DNA of 64,000 nt, taken from positions 36,496 to 100,495 of IMG/VR virus record IMGVR_UViG_2791355084_000002; one strand, written 5' to 3'. This DNA is from a virus (lineage: Duplodnaviria; Caudoviricetes). Under the pieces are notes generated by a model. The model saw only the letters and a list, made by a program, of their open reading frames with translations. It was not told the DNA's origin and ran no database searches. Shown here in pieces: positions 38,903-49,106 of the stretch (position 1 is its first letter; each line of letters begins with the position of its first letter). The position numbers and the translations under genes are program-made.

Positions 38903-39468
38903 ATTTTGTCCAGCCAATACGTGATATAGACAAGATTCGTGAAGTTCGTAAAACGTTGCGGGATAATCCACGTGATGAATTGCTTTTCTGTTTTGGTATT
39001 TATACTGGGCTTAGAATAAGCGATATATTGCGTTTAAAGGTAGGAGATGTTCGGCATAAGCATGTGTTGTTTATAAAAGAGTCAAAGGTACAGAAAAAGA
39101 AGCAGAATAAGACGAAGCGCATTCCGATATTAAAAGAACTGCAAAAAGTGCTCATTCCGTACATTGAAGATAAGGAAGACCAGGAGTATTTATTCAAATC
39201 ACGACAAGGTAAAAATAAACCAATTACAAGAGTAAGGGCATATTCGATTTTGCGTGCTGCTGCATTGGCTAATGGCTTGGACGAAATAGGGACACATACT
39301 TTACGCAAGACCTTTGGCTATCATGTGTATCAAGAAGAGAAAGATGTCGCCTTGCTGCAGGATATTTTTAATCATTCAGCTCCTTATATTACATTGAAAT
39401 ATATTGGGGTAAATCAAGATGCCATCGATCAAGCGTATCAAAAATTAAATAAGCGTTTGAAATTTTAA
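38899..39468 (+). CDS. Short catalytic-domain-only tyrosine recombinase
   Basis: MNFVQPIRD, TGLRISD, HTLRKTFGY, FNHS...TLKYIG. Confidence 0.92.
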   Translation: MNFVQPIRDIDKIREVRKTLRDNPRDELLFCFGIYTGLRISDILRLKVGDVRHKHVLFIKESKVQKKKQNKTKRIPILKELQKVLIPYIEDKEDQEYLFKSRQGKNKPITRVRAYSILRAAALANGLDEIGTHTLRKTFGYHVYQEEKDVALLQDIFNHSAPYITLKYIGVNQDAIDQAYQKLNKRLKF

Positions 39469-39502
39469 AATAGCACTGATAAGTTGGTGCTATTTTTATT
39501 TT
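39467..39502 (+). terminator. Intrinsic terminator
   Basis: aaaatagcac...gtgctatttt plus T-tract. Confidence 0.7.
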
Positions 39503-39646
39503 GCTTATTTTAGGAAAGGGTGAAAGTTCTAAAAATATTTAACACTTTCACACACTAAAGACATTTACAAAATAAAGACTTGTAAAGCTCATGATTTGAA
39601 CAGGGTGTAAAGTGTTGAGAAATCTAGTTATTTCACACTTTCTGCA

Positions 39647-39674
39647 CATTAACAGAATGTTAGATATGTTAAGG
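39647..39674. other. dif-like 11-6-11 recombination site
   Basis: cattaacagaa-tgttag-atatgttaagg, downstream of the recombinase gene. Confidence 0.5.
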
Positions 39675-39728
39675 TGAAAGAGAAAGTGAATGTGGTAAAA
39701 TAAGGGTGTGGATATTAGGAGGTAAACA

Positions 39729-40150
39729 ATGAACAAGGGGTTAAAAAAGATTTAGAAGCACATATTTTTGAGAAAGATGATAAGATTCTTTTAGATTTCT
39801 TAGAACGAAATTATAGTGTTAAATATGCTTCAGAGACTAGGTTTTTTGAAAATATGAATACATATAAAAGTATTAGTGCCCATAGGAAAAGAATTCTAGT
39901 ATCAAGATTAGTTCTTATGGAAGAACGTCATGACCTTACTACTGTTTTTACAGGGATAATTGCTTTAATATTGAGCTTTTTAGGTATTTACAAAGTATTC
40001 CTTGATGAAATAATGCCTACAGGATTTTACTTATTTACAATGGTAATCATTTATGTCATGTGTATTTGGATATTTGCAAAAAATTTGGGAACTGAAAAAG
40101 GCAGAAGAGCAAAGGCAAAATATTTTCTATCTTTATTTAAAGATATTTAA
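39729..40150 (+). pseudogene. Two-TM cargo gene that needs a -1 shift near its start
   Basis: RBS aggaggt + ATG at 39729 stops after 8 codons; the -1 frame is open from there through the 39854-40150 ORF. Confidence 0.55.
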
Positions 40151-40157
40151 AATTCCA

Positions 40158-40215
40158 TGGCATAATGTTGGCAGAATAGTGGCAGAGATTTTGTTTTTGA
40201 ATGTGATATTATATT
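40158..40215 (+). promoter_or_regulatory. Late promoter with three TGGCA repeats at 11-bp spacing (probable ArpU sites)
   Basis: tggcata/tggcaga/tggcaga at 40158, 40169, 40180, then a TG-extended -10-like tract, upstream of terS. Confidence 0.6.
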
Positions 40216-40324
40216 AGTGTGTGATAAATGTAAGTTAATGGAATGAGTGAACGATACTTCGATGCGATGTCGAGGTGTCGTTTTTTATTTGGACATTGAA
40301 ATGCAAAATCATTCCAAAAACTGT

Positions 40325-40385
40325 TAGGTTCTTCTACCCAAGAACGCCAGCCTGCGGGTCTCCGAGGCCCGAAAAAGCGCTAGAT
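40325..40385. other. Candidate cos/packaging site
   Basis: GC-rich island aggttctt...gcgggtc..gaggcccg just upstream of the lambda-like terS. Confidence 0.4.
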
Positions 40386-40442
40386 TTAATGTTGAAAAAG
40401 GTGTTCCTTCCATCCTGTAAATTAAGTGAGGTGAGTGTATGA

Positions 40443-41012
40443 GTGACAGCGAAAACGAAATTGAATGATCGAACGATTGTCAATACGAAAACGATTGCCA
40501 AAATGTTTAATATGACGGAAAGGAATGTTCGTTATTTAGTCGAAGAAGGTGTGATTGCGCGTGTTGCTCATGGCCGTTATGATCTGATCGATACCGTCAG
40601 TCGCTATATTACTTTTTTGAAAATGTCCTTTGATGGCATTGATGAGAACAAGGTGATGGAGTCATTAGATTATGAGAAATGGCTGCATGAGAAGGCGAAG
40701 CGGGAGAAGGCTGAAATTGAGTTGGCACATCTAAAACGAGAAATGCATAAGGCTGATGAGGTGGAGAAAATTCAAAATCATATGGTGATGGCATTTCGTT
40801 CAAAGATGTTGTCGCTCCCCTCGAAGTCTGCGTTACTGTTAGCAAGTAAGGATGATCCGAAGATGATAGAGGCATTACTAGAAAGAGATATTCATGAGGC
40901 ATTAGCAGAGCTTGCTGAGTATGATGCAGCACAGTATTTCACACAAGATGATGTTGAATTGGAATTGGAAGGTGATGAAGATGGTCCAAAAACAGACAAT
41001 GAGCCTGTTTAA
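40443..41012 (+). CDS. terS: Terminase small subunit (Nu1-like)
   Basis: N-terminal wHTH, GRYDL, EKAKREKAEIEL coiled coil, FRSKMLSLP. Confidence 0.85.
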   Translation: MTAKTKLNDRTIVNTKTIAKMFNMTERNVRYLVEEGVIARVAHGRYDLIDTVSRYITFLKMSFDGIDENKVMESLDYEKWLHEKAKREKAEIELAHLKREMHKADEVEKIQNHMVMAFRSKMLSLPSKSALLLASKDDPKMIEALLERDIHEALAELAEYDAAQYFTQDDVELELEGDEDGPKTDNEPV

Positions 41013-42786
41013 AGAAATTGCTAACTTAGTAGCGCCTCCTCCAAAGCTTACGGTATCGCAGTGGGCAGATAAGCATCGTGTGCTATCCAAGGAATCGTCA
41101 GCTGAGCATGGGCGATGGAATACGGAGCGTGCACCATATCAAAGAGAAATCATGGATGCAGTCAATGATCCAGGAGTTGATCAAATTGTCGTAATGTCTT
41201 CTGCGCAAGTTGGGAAATCCGAAATATTAAACAATATTATCGGTTACTATATCGATTATGATCCGTCACCAATGCTTTTAATGCAGCCAACGCTTGAAAT
41301 GGCAGAGGCCTATTCAAAAGACCGGATAGCCGCTATGATACGGGATACACCAACATTAACGAAGAAAATTAATAGTCCAAAGGCGAAGGACGGAAATAAT
41401 ACGTTGCTACAAAAGAAGTTTCCTGGTGGCCATTTAACGCTTGTTGGAGCCAATTCACCTGCAAGTCTATCTTCTCGACCTGTTCGTTTAATCCTTGCTG
41501 ATGAGGTAGACCGGTTCCCAGCATCTGCAGGTGCTGAAGGAGATCCATTAGCACTTGCGCAGAAGCGAACAAAGACTTTTTGGAATAGTAAATGGGTATC
41601 TGTATCGACACCTACTATTAAAGGTGCATCGAGAATTGAAGCGGAATATGAAGAAAGTACAATGGAACAATGGTGTGTATCTTGTCCGAGCTGTGGGTTA
41701 TTTCAACCGTATAGTTGGCCACAAATTCGTTTTCAGACAGTGACGATGGAATGTGTGCATTGTAAGGCACAACATAACGAAGTGGAGTGGAAGTCACGTC
41801 CTGGAAAATGGATTGCGCGAAATCCTGAAGCGTCGAAGCGAGGTTTTCATCTGAATGCACTAGCATCACCTTGGGAGAAATGGGCAAAGATTATTGCGGA
41901 ATTTAAAGAAGCGAAACGTAAAGGGCTAGAAACATTTAAAACGTGGGTCAATACAACGCTCGGGGAATCTTGGGAAGAAAAGACCAATGACCAAGACCAT
42001 ACAAAGCTTGTTTCCAGACGTGTTCGTTATGATTGTGAAGTGCCTAAGGATGTATTAGTGCTGACAGCAGGTGTCGATGTGCAAGATGACCGTCTAGAAG
42101 TGGAGATAGTAGGCTGGGGAGTGGATGAAATTTCCTGGGGAATCGCTTATAAAATATTTTACGGAGATCCCGCTCAGCAAGCTGTATGGAATCAAGTTGA
42201 TGCGTTTTTATTGAAAGATTATATACGGAACGACGGTGTAAAGCTTTGTGTTGCTGCCACTTGTGTGGATTCAGGTGGGCATTATACAAGTGAGGTCTAT
42301 GATTTTTGTAAAGACAGGGAGCATCGCCGAGTATTTGCGATTAAAGGGAAGGGCGGTAATGGCGTCCCTTATATTAATAAACCGTCAAAAGTAGGGAGAC
42401 AACAAGTGCATTTGTTTACGCTTGGCGTCAATGAAGGGAAGGATTTAATTTATTCCCGATTGAAAAATAAATACGAAGATAAGCCTGGTTATTGCCATTT
42501 TCCGTTAGAAGCGGATAAAGGGTATGACGAGGCTTTTTTTATTGGCTTAACAGCAGAAAGAAAAGTGACACGCTTTTTCAAAGGTGTGCCGCGTATTGAA
42601 TGGGTGAAACGTTCTTCCAATATACGTAATGAACCGCTTGATATACGAAACTATGCAACAGCTGCTTTACGTATTTTAAATCCGGATTTGAACTATCTTG
42701 CTGAACATAATTTAACGAGCAACATTTATACGCAAACAACGAGGCGGAAAAAACGTAAGCGGAGAGTGATTTCTAAAGGAGTGTAG
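40981..42786 (+). CDS. terL: Terminase large subunit (lambda gpA family)
   Basis: SAQVGKSE, ADEVDR, STPT, CPSC/CVHC, AGVDVQ, DSGG, RNEPLD. Confidence 0.95.
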   Translation: MVQKQTMSLFKEIANLVAPPPKLTVSQWADKHRVLSKESSAEHGRWNTERAPYQREIMDAVNDPGVDQIVVMSSAQVGKSEILNNIIGYYIDYDPSPMLLMQPTLEMAEAYSKDRIAAMIRDTPTLTKKINSPKAKDGNNTLLQKKFPGGHLTLVGANSPASLSSRPVRLILADEVDRFPASAGAEGDPLALAQKRTKTFWNSKWVSVSTPTIKGASRIEAEYEESTMEQWCVSCPSCGLFQPYSWPQIRFQTVTMECVHCKAQHNEVEWKSRPGKWIARNPEASKRGFHLNALASPWEKWAKIIAEFKEAKRKGLETFKTWVNTTLGESWEEKTNDQDHTKLVSRRVRYDCEVPKDVLVLTAGVDVQDDRLEVEIVGWGVDEISWGIAYKIFYGDPAQQAVWNQVDAFLLKDYIRNDGVKLCVAATCVDSGGHYTSEVYDFCKDREHRRVFAIKGKGGNGVPYINKPSKVGRQQVHLFTLGVNEGKDLIYSRLKNKYEDKPGYCHFPLEADKGYDEAFFIGLTAERKVTRFFKGVPRIEWVKRSSNIRNEPLDIRNYATAALRILNPDLNYLAEHNLTSNIYTQTTRRKKRKRRVISKGV

Positions 42787-42789
42787 AAG

Positions 42790-43023
42790 ATGGCTTTTAC
42801 AGTTGATGAATGTAGAGAAAGGTTAGCTATTTGGTTGGAGGCAGAGGCGAAAATCGCCATTAATCAGAGTTATTCGTTAGAAAATAGACGTTTTGACCGT
42901 GCAAATTTGGCGCAAGTCAGGGACCAAATAAAGTTTTGGAGAAGCGAATTAGCTTTAGCTGAAATGCGAGAGTATGGTCGAAGTCGTAGACGAGTGATAC
43001 GAGTTGTGCCACGTGATTTGTAG
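42790..43023 (+). CDS. gpW-like head completion protein (DUF6148-like)
   Basis: QSY...R...RANL..V...I.FW; between terL and portal. Confidence 0.75.
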   Translation: MAFTVDECRERLAIWLEAEAKIAINQSYSLENRRFDRANLAQVRDQIKFWRSELALAEMREYGRSRRRVIRVVPRDL

Positions 43024-43035
43024 GGGGTGTAACAA

Positions 43036-44607
43036 GTGAACTTATTGGATAAAGCGATCGAGGTTGTTTCGCCTGAAAGAGCATTGAAGCGTGCAGGTGC
43101 TCGCAAGCGACTACAAATTATCAATTCAGGTTACGCCAATAGTGGCGCGAATAAGCGTAAAAAATCGATGATTGGTTGGATTTTTAAAGGTGGTTCCACA
43201 AAAGAAGATATCGACGACAATCAAGATACATTGCGTCAACGATCCCGTGACCTGTATATGAACACCCCACTTGCTACTGGCTCAATTAAAACGATACGAA
43301 CGAATGTGGTAGGCTACGGTTTGATTTTAAACAGCCAAATTGACCATGAGTTTTTAGGTTTGTCTATTGAGGAAGCGGATGCCTGGGAAACGACGGTTGA
43401 GCGCGAATTTGCTTTGTGGGCGGATTCGATTATGTGTGATGCGTTGCAAATGAATAATTTTTATGAATTGCAACAACTAGCATTTATATCGTGTTTGATG
43501 AGTGGAGAGGTGTTTGCAACGTTACCTTATCGAAACCATCAGCAACATTGGTATGGATTGCGTGTGCAGTTGCTTGAAAGTGATCGAATTTGTAGTCCAA
43601 ATGGAGCAAGCAAAAACATTATCAATGGCGTGGAGCTTGGTCGGTATGGGGAAGTTGTTGCTTACCATATTTGTGATACACATCCTTTAGCGGAGAGTAC
43701 CGGTCAGAAAAAATGGGTACGTATCGACAAGTTTGGTCAGAAGAGCGGACGTCAAAATATATTGCATTTGATGGAGTCTGAACGGCCAGAGCAACGACGA
43801 GGTGTGCCAATCCTTGCGCCGGTAATTGAGAGCTTAAAACAGCTTGGAAGATATACAGACGCTGAGTTAACCGCTGCCCTTGTGTCTTCCCTGTTTACAG
43901 TTTTCATTGAAACGAAGGATGAGTATGATGCGCCTCCTTTAGGGTCAGCCATTAATGAACAAGAACAAGTGGATAAAGAGGATGAATTAAGCTATGAACT
44001 TGGTGCAGGTGCGATTGTTGCGCTTGCAGAAGGGGAGAAAGCAAATACCTCCAATCCAGCACGCAATAATGCATCATTTGATCCTTTTGTTGTAGCGGTT
44101 TGCCGTCAAATTGGAACAGCGTTAGAGCTCCCTTATGAAATTTTATTAAAACATTTTACATCCAGTTATTCAGCCTCACGAGCTGCACTTTTAGAAGCAT
44201 GGAAGATGTTTAAGATGCGGCGCACGTTTTTAGCAAATGGTTTTTGCCAGCCAATTTACGAGGAATGGTTAACAGAAGCGATCCTTCTTGGCAGAATTCA
44301 AGCACCTGGTTTTTTGGATAATCCATTGGTGCGGAAAGCTTATTGTGGTGCTGAATGGAACGGGCCGACACAAGGACAACTCGACCCATTAAAAGAAGTA
44401 CAGGCTGCGATGTTACGTGTGGAAAATGGCTTTAGTACAAGAGCACGTGAAACGGTAGAACTAACAGGTGGTAACTACTGGCTTAATCACGCACAGCGCG
44501 AGCGTGAAGAACAAGCACGTCGCGAGGCGGGGCTCGATATGAGTTATTTAGAAATTATGAAAAATGTTGTACAGGAGAAGGGGGTGAGAATAGACGATGA
44601 GGATTGA
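43036..44607 (+). CDS. Portal protein, lambda family
   Basis: LRQRSRDL, RPEQRRGVP, SYSASRAALLE, DPLKEV. Confidence 0.93.
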   Translation: MNLLDKAIEVVSPERALKRAGARKRLQIINSGYANSGANKRKKSMIGWIFKGGSTKEDIDDNQDTLRQRSRDLYMNTPLATGSIKTIRTNVVGYGLILNSQIDHEFLGLSIEEADAWETTVEREFALWADSIMCDALQMNNFYELQQLAFISCLMSGEVFATLPYRNHQQHWYGLRVQLLESDRICSPNGASKNIINGVELGRYGEVVAYHICDTHPLAESTGQKKWVRIDKFGQKSGRQNILHLMESERPEQRRGVPILAPVIESLKQLGRYTDAELTAALVSSLFTVFIETKDEYDAPPLGSAINEQEQVDKEDELSYELGAGAIVALAEGEKANTSNPARNNASFDPFVVAVCRQIGTALELPYEILLKHFTSSYSASRAALLEAWKMFKMRRTFLANGFCQPIYEEWLTEAILLGRIQAPGFLDNPLVRKAYCGAEWNGPTQGQLDPLKEVQAAMLRVENGFSTRARETVELTGGNYWLNHAQREREEQARREAGLDMSYLEIMKNVVQEKGVRIDDED

Positions 44608-45661
44608 CCTTCGTGGCGCGATTGTACCAGACGGAGAACAATGGATTTATGACTGGTATGGTATTCCTGCTGTTAGCCCTAAACGCATTATGCAACAAAT
44701 CGATAAAGCAATCTCAAGTAACGAAAAAGAGCTAATCGTTAATATTAATAGTCCCGGTGGATCTGTTTATGCAGCGTCTGAAATATGGTCACATATTAAA
44801 AAGTTTCCTGGTGATTCTGTAGCCGAAATTACTGGTGTTTGTGCAAGTGCAGCATCCATTATTGCAATGGCTACAAAACGGACGGTTATTGCTCCTGTTG
44901 GCGCATTAATGATTCATAATGCCTCGACTATTGCACAAGGTGATTATCGTGAAATGGAAGCGATGAAGCAATTATTAATTAAAACAAATGAAGCAATAAT
45001 GCAAACCTATAAAGTGAAAACAAAAAAGTCAGACGACGAGTTAAAGCAGATGATGGACGCAGAGACGTGGATGAATGCACAGCAAGCGGTAGAGCATGGC
45101 TTTGTCGATGACATTATGTTTACAGAGGATGTAGAAGTCGTTGCTTCAACACAAATAGCACAAGACTTTGGCTCCAATGCTTTATTACCTAAAGCAGTAA
45201 TCGACAAAATGCGCAAATTGTTAGCAAGAGAGCCAAATTTAGTCGTCAACAACAATGTTTCACTAATGAGTGAGCAAGTAGCAATGGAAGGAGAGGAACA
45301 ACAAATGGATGTGAAGGAATTAGAAAGTAAACACCCTGACTTAGTCGAGCAAATTCGAAATAATGCCAAAGAAGATGCAATTGCAGCTGAACGTCAACGT
45401 ATTCAGGAAATCGAAAATATTGCACTACCAGGCTTTGAAGAAATCTTGAATAAAGCAAAGTTTGAAACAGGCATGACGGCTGCTGAAACAGCGTTACAAC
45501 TGTTAAACGCGCAGACGCAACAACGTACAACGAAGCTAGTGAATATCCAACAAGATGCTTTGCTACTTAATGGTATTGAAGGGCAGGAAGCACCAACGAA
45601 TAACGATGACAACGAAATTGATGCACTTGTTAATAAAGTGTTAGGGAATGGAGTGAAATAA
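44597..45661 (+). CDS. ClpP-type head maturation protease with scaffold C-terminus
   Basis: INSPGGSV, ASAAS, MIHN, ETWM.AQQA.EHGFVD, AERQRI. Confidence 0.93.
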   Translation: MRIDLRGAIVPDGEQWIYDWYGIPAVSPKRIMQQIDKAISSNEKELIVNINSPGGSVYAASEIWSHIKKFPGDSVAEITGVCASAASIIAMATKRTVIAPVGALMIHNASTIAQGDYREMEAMKQLLIKTNEAIMQTYKVKTKKSDDELKQMMDAETWMNAQQAVEHGFVDDIMFTEDVEVVASTQIAQDFGSNALLPKAVIDKMRKLLAREPNLVVNNNVSLMSEQVAMEGEEQQMDVKELESKHPDLVEQIRNNAKEDAIAAERQRIQEIENIALPGFEEILNKAKFETGMTAAETALQLLNAQTQQRTTKLVNIQQDALLLNGIEGQEAPTNNDDNEIDALVNKVLGNGVK

Positions 45662-45662
45662 C

Positions 45663-46028
45663 ATGCCGATTTTAGAGTTTGATAATTTACTAGGCGGCTT
45701 TCAAACAGATGGCGTATCAGAGCCTATCATAGTGGCAGCAAACCAAGAATTATCAGTAGGACAAGTATTTGCTCTGAATGAAGAAGGTCAAGCGGTTGCC
45801 ATGACGAAAACGAGTTCTGCAAAAGATGTTTACGGTATTATGGCGGATGCCATTGCAACATCGACTGATGAAACGAAACCTGCTGTTTGTTACAAGCGGG
45901 GAGAATTTAATGTTCGTAAAATTATTTTACCTGCGGATGCAGATGTTGTACCCTATCACATCGCTCTAAGCAATATCGGAATCACACTAAGAAATACTGT
46001 GCCAGCAGATCCGCAAAAGGAGGAATAA
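45663..46028 (+). CDS. Head decoration protein (gpD-like)
   Basis: YGIMAD, YKRGEFN; between protease and capsid. Confidence 0.8.
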   Translation: MPILEFDNLLGGFQTDGVSEPIIVAANQELSVGQVFALNEEGQAVAMTKTSSAKDVYGIMADAIATSTDETKPAVCYKRGEFNVRKIILPADADVVPYHIALSNIGITLRNTVPADPQKEE

Positions 46029-46032
46029 ATCA

Positions 46033-47058
46033 ATGGCTATCAATTTATTTGAAACACGTACGATGCTAAAGTTTTCCGAACGCATGCCTCGTGTCACGAC
46101 ATTTTTACGAGATATGTTATTTACTGATACAGAACTATCGCCGACAAATATAGTCGATGTAGATATTAAAAAAGGACGTGCCAAAATTGCGCCGTATGTA
46201 AGTGAAAAAATCGGTGGTAAAGTTGTAGAAAATAGCGGTTATCGTACAGAAACATTTGCACCACCATTAGTTGCACCTACGACGATTACAACAGCTGCGG
46301 ATTTACAAAATCGTTCAATGGGCGAAAATTTATATTCTTCTCGTACGCCAGATGAGCGAGCTGCAGCAAAGCTAGTGAAAGATTTAAAAGAGCTCGATAC
46401 CATGATTACACGTCGAGAAGAAGTGATGTGTGCACAGGCGATTTTTGATGGTGAAATTAATGTGAAAGGCGAAGGTGTCGATTATGTGATTTCGTTTAAT
46501 CATACGAATCGAGAGACGCTTTCAGGGTCGAATTTATGGAGTGCTTTTACATCAAAAAAATATGCTGATTTGAAACGTTGGGTACGAACTGTCCAAGAAA
46601 CAGGCTTTGTTAACGTTGATAATGTAGTCATATCACCAGATGTAACGGATGTACTACTGAGGGATAATGACTTATTAAAACTATTAGATATTCGTAATGT
46701 AAATATCGGTGAACTAAGGCCTGAAACATTACCAAATGGTGCAACGTATATCGGTACAATTGCAGGGGTAGGTCGGATTTATGAATATGCAAGCAGTTAT
46801 TATGATGATGTCGATAATAAGGTAAAGCCAATTGTCCCTCCTGGAACCATTGCCTTGCTAGCGACGGAAGCAGATTTTTCAATGGCCTATGCAGCCATCA
46901 CCATTGCGAAAGGTGATGACTTGGTCACTTACGAAGCAGATCGTGTCCCTGATTCTTGGACGGAAAAACGCCCTCCTCGAAAAATTTTGCAATTAAGTGC
47001 CAAACCGTTGCCGATACCAAAAGAAGTAAATAGCTGGTTTGTAGCGAAAGTGCTATAA
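46033..47058 (+). CDS. Major capsid protein (lambda gpE family)
   Basis: FLRDMLF, IAPYV, ITRREEVMCAQ, SAKPLPIP. Confidence 0.92.
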   Translation: MAINLFETRTMLKFSERMPRVTTFLRDMLFTDTELSPTNIVDVDIKKGRAKIAPYVSEKIGGKVVENSGYRTETFAPPLVAPTTITTAADLQNRSMGENLYSSRTPDERAAAKLVKDLKELDTMITRREEVMCAQAIFDGEINVKGEGVDYVISFNHTNRETLSGSNLWSAFTSKKYADLKRWVRTVQETGFVNVDNVVISPDVTDVLLRDNDLLKLLDIRNVNIGELRPETLPNGATYIGTIAGVGRIYEYASSYYDDVDNKVKPIVPPGTIALLATEADFSMAYAAITIAKGDDLVTYEADRVPDSWTEKRPPRKILQLSAKPLPIPKEVNSWFVAKVL

Positions 47059-47070
47059 GGGGGTACGCAT

Positions 47071-47436
47071 ATGATTCGAGCAAAACATACGATTTGTCAC
47101 GATAATGTGTTTTATGGAAAAGGAGCGATTATCGATGGGTTAACAGAAGCAGAAGAATCACGATTAGTTCACTTAAAGGCAGCAGAATATGTACTTTCGC
47201 CAGAAGAGGAGCTTCAAAAGCAACGCGTTGAAAATCGAAAGGTAGCGATACCTGCAGAAGAAATGGAAGAGCTTCGCATGGCGCTCGACACTGAATACAA
47301 TGCCGAAGATCTAAAACGTACGGCAAAAGAAGTTGGAGTCGATTTAACAGGTATTTCGAAAAAAGACGATGTGATACAAGCCATTATCCAGCAAGGAAAA
47401 GCGCATGCGTTGCTAGAAGATGACGCTGATGAATAG
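47071..47436 (+). CDS. FI-like packaging/head-associated protein
   Basis: Follows the capsid; HeH-like C-terminus (DLKRTAKEVGVD..KKDDVI). Confidence 0.55.
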   Translation: MIRAKHTICHDNVFYGKGAIIDGLTEAEESRLVHLKAAEYVLSPEEELQKQRVENRKVAIPAEEMEELRMALDTEYNAEDLKRTAKEVGVDLTGISKKDDVIQAIIQQGKAHALLEDDADE

Positions 47437-47758
47437 GACATTTAAAGACCTTGTAGCCGAGGATTTAGATGTCTTTTTTAATTGTCTGGAATTGGCGGAT
47501 GTGCATGAATTAGATGGAGAATTCCTTGATTTAGTTGTAGAAAGTAATGTGGAAAATGTGAAAGACTATAGCCGTGATCAGTTAAGTGCGTCTCAAGAAG
47601 TGTTTGTCCATCTTAAAACAATCTTTGTGAAAAGTTGCGATTTCTATGTTCCGAAAGTAGGCAACAGTTTGATGTTGGATGGCGAAGAATATTATGTTGA
47701 AGAAGCGAGCGAGGACATGGGGATTATCCGCATTGTCGTCAGCGCAAATGAAAGTTAG
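47420..47758 (+). CDS. Head-tail joining protein (FII-like)
   Basis: DLDVFFN..ELAD.H, LDGEEYYV; synteny. Confidence 0.7.
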   Translation: MTLMNRTFKDLVAEDLDVFFNCLELADVHELDGEFLDLVVESNVENVKDYSRDQLSASQEVFVHLKTIFVKSCDFYVPKVGNSLMLDGEEYYVEEASEDMGIIRIVVSANES

Positions 47759-47760
47759 GT

Positions 47761-48315
47761 GTGAATATGATTGAACTAAAAATGCATCAAGTGGAAGTAT
47801 TAGAAGCACTGTTTGCTACAACACCAAAAGAAGCACGGATTTTATTTGCTCGTGCAATTAATCGATCTGCAGAGTCTTCAAGAACAAAGGCGAGTCAGGA
47901 AGTTCGAGCTAAGTATGTGATACGATCTCTAGATGTCAAAAAGCCGATGAAGGTCAAGAAAGCGACCGCTAGCCAGCTATCAGCGCATGTTCATATAAGT
48001 GGGGGCGTAACGCCTTTAATGAAGTTTGATATCACACCTACAATGCCCGATGTTATGCCAGTGCGCGCTCGTGTGAAAAAAGGTAGTAGTAGAAAACTCA
48101 TTCCACATGCCTTTGTTGCAAAAATGGAGAATGCGCATATGAACGCCTTTACACGTGTTGGGAAAAGTCGGTTGCCGATTAAGGGACGATACGGACCTTC
48201 AATAGCACAAATGACGAGAGAACCGAAAGTGTTTTCAAATATTACGACCCATGCTCAAAAAACATTGGATAAACGGCTTGACCATGAAATGAATCGACTA
48301 TTATACGGAGGCTGA
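47761..48315 (+). CDS. Minor tail protein Z-like
   Basis: RAINR, RLPIK..YGPSIAQM, RLDHE. Confidence 0.8.
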   Translation: MNMIELKMHQVEVLEALFATTPKEARILFARAINRSAESSRTKASQEVRAKYVIRSLDVKKPMKVKKATASQLSAHVHISGGVTPLMKFDITPTMPDVMPVRARVKKGSSRKLIPHAFVAKMENAHMNAFTRVGKSRLPIKGRYGPSIAQMTREPKVFSNITTHAQKTLDKRLDHEMNRLLYGG

Positions 48316-48319
48316 TAAG

Positions 48320-48814
48320 ATGGATGCTTTAAATATGACCGATGAATTAGTTGCCTTTTTTACAGATGCTTTGGCAGATATGCGCTTACAAACGAAAGAT
48401 GAAGATATATGGAAACCACCAACAGTATATGATGGCTATTTGCCACCGAAGAAGAATGCACGACGTGGTGATGACGATAACGAACAGGACGACTACCCAT
48501 TCGTCATTGTTCGTTTTTTGTATGAAAAAGATAATTTAAAAGATAGTAATACGATGCAATTTAGATTTTTAATTGGTACGTATAGCAAGGATGAACGCCA
48601 AGGGTGGCGAGATACGCTGCATGTCATGAACCGAATGAAATTTGCGTTAAAAGAAGTCGGATTTGTAGGCCCTGGTTCCTTATCAGGTGATATCGAAATG
48701 GCGCTTTTTGAAGAGCAAATGAAACCGCTGTGGCGTGGCGTCATGGAAGTCGAATTTGCAACACCAGTAGTTCAATTAGATAGGAGTGAGTTTGGAGATG
48801 CCTTCAATGATTAA
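48320..48814 (+). CDS. Tail terminator-like protein
   Basis: YPFVIVR motif; synteny. Confidence 0.65.
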   Translation: MDALNMTDELVAFFTDALADMRLQTKDEDIWKPPTVYDGYLPPKKNARRGDDDNEQDDYPFVIVRFLYEKDNLKDSNTMQFRFLIGTYSKDERQGWRDTLHVMNRMKFALKEVGFVGPGSLSGDIEMALFEEQMKPLWRGVMEVEFATPVVQLDRSEFGDAFND

Positions 48815-49106
48815 AAACCAACAAGCATCACCACAACAAGTAGGTCAAGTTATTACAGAGAGTGTACCGCAGGAGATTCTTATCTATGTAGGGCCACCCG
48901 TAATCGGTTTACAACGATTCAGTTCTTTTGTTGGGGGTTACCCGGAGCATTTTAAAGATCACCTTGAAAAATCACCGGCATTTCGAAACATGTTTATTGC
49001 CCCCGAAAAGCTCGTGGAGGTTCAACAGCGTTTACTAGATGCGCATTCAGTAGAATCGATGTGGTTTACAAAAACAGCAGCTTATTTTAGTGAGGTGAAA
49101 CAGTGA
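48786..49106 (+). CDS. Small pre-sheath protein
   Basis: IYVGP motif; directly upstream of the sheath. Confidence 0.65.
   Translation: MSLEMPSMIKNQQASPQQVGQVITESVPQEILIYVGPPVIGLQRFSSFVGGYPEHFKDHLEKSPAFRNMFIAPEKLVEVQQRLLDAHSVESMWFTKTAAYFSEVKQ

Noticed and set aside
38899-39468. Tail-fibre invertase/shufflon
   Set aside because: Far from the fibre genes, and no inverted fibre cassettes are visible
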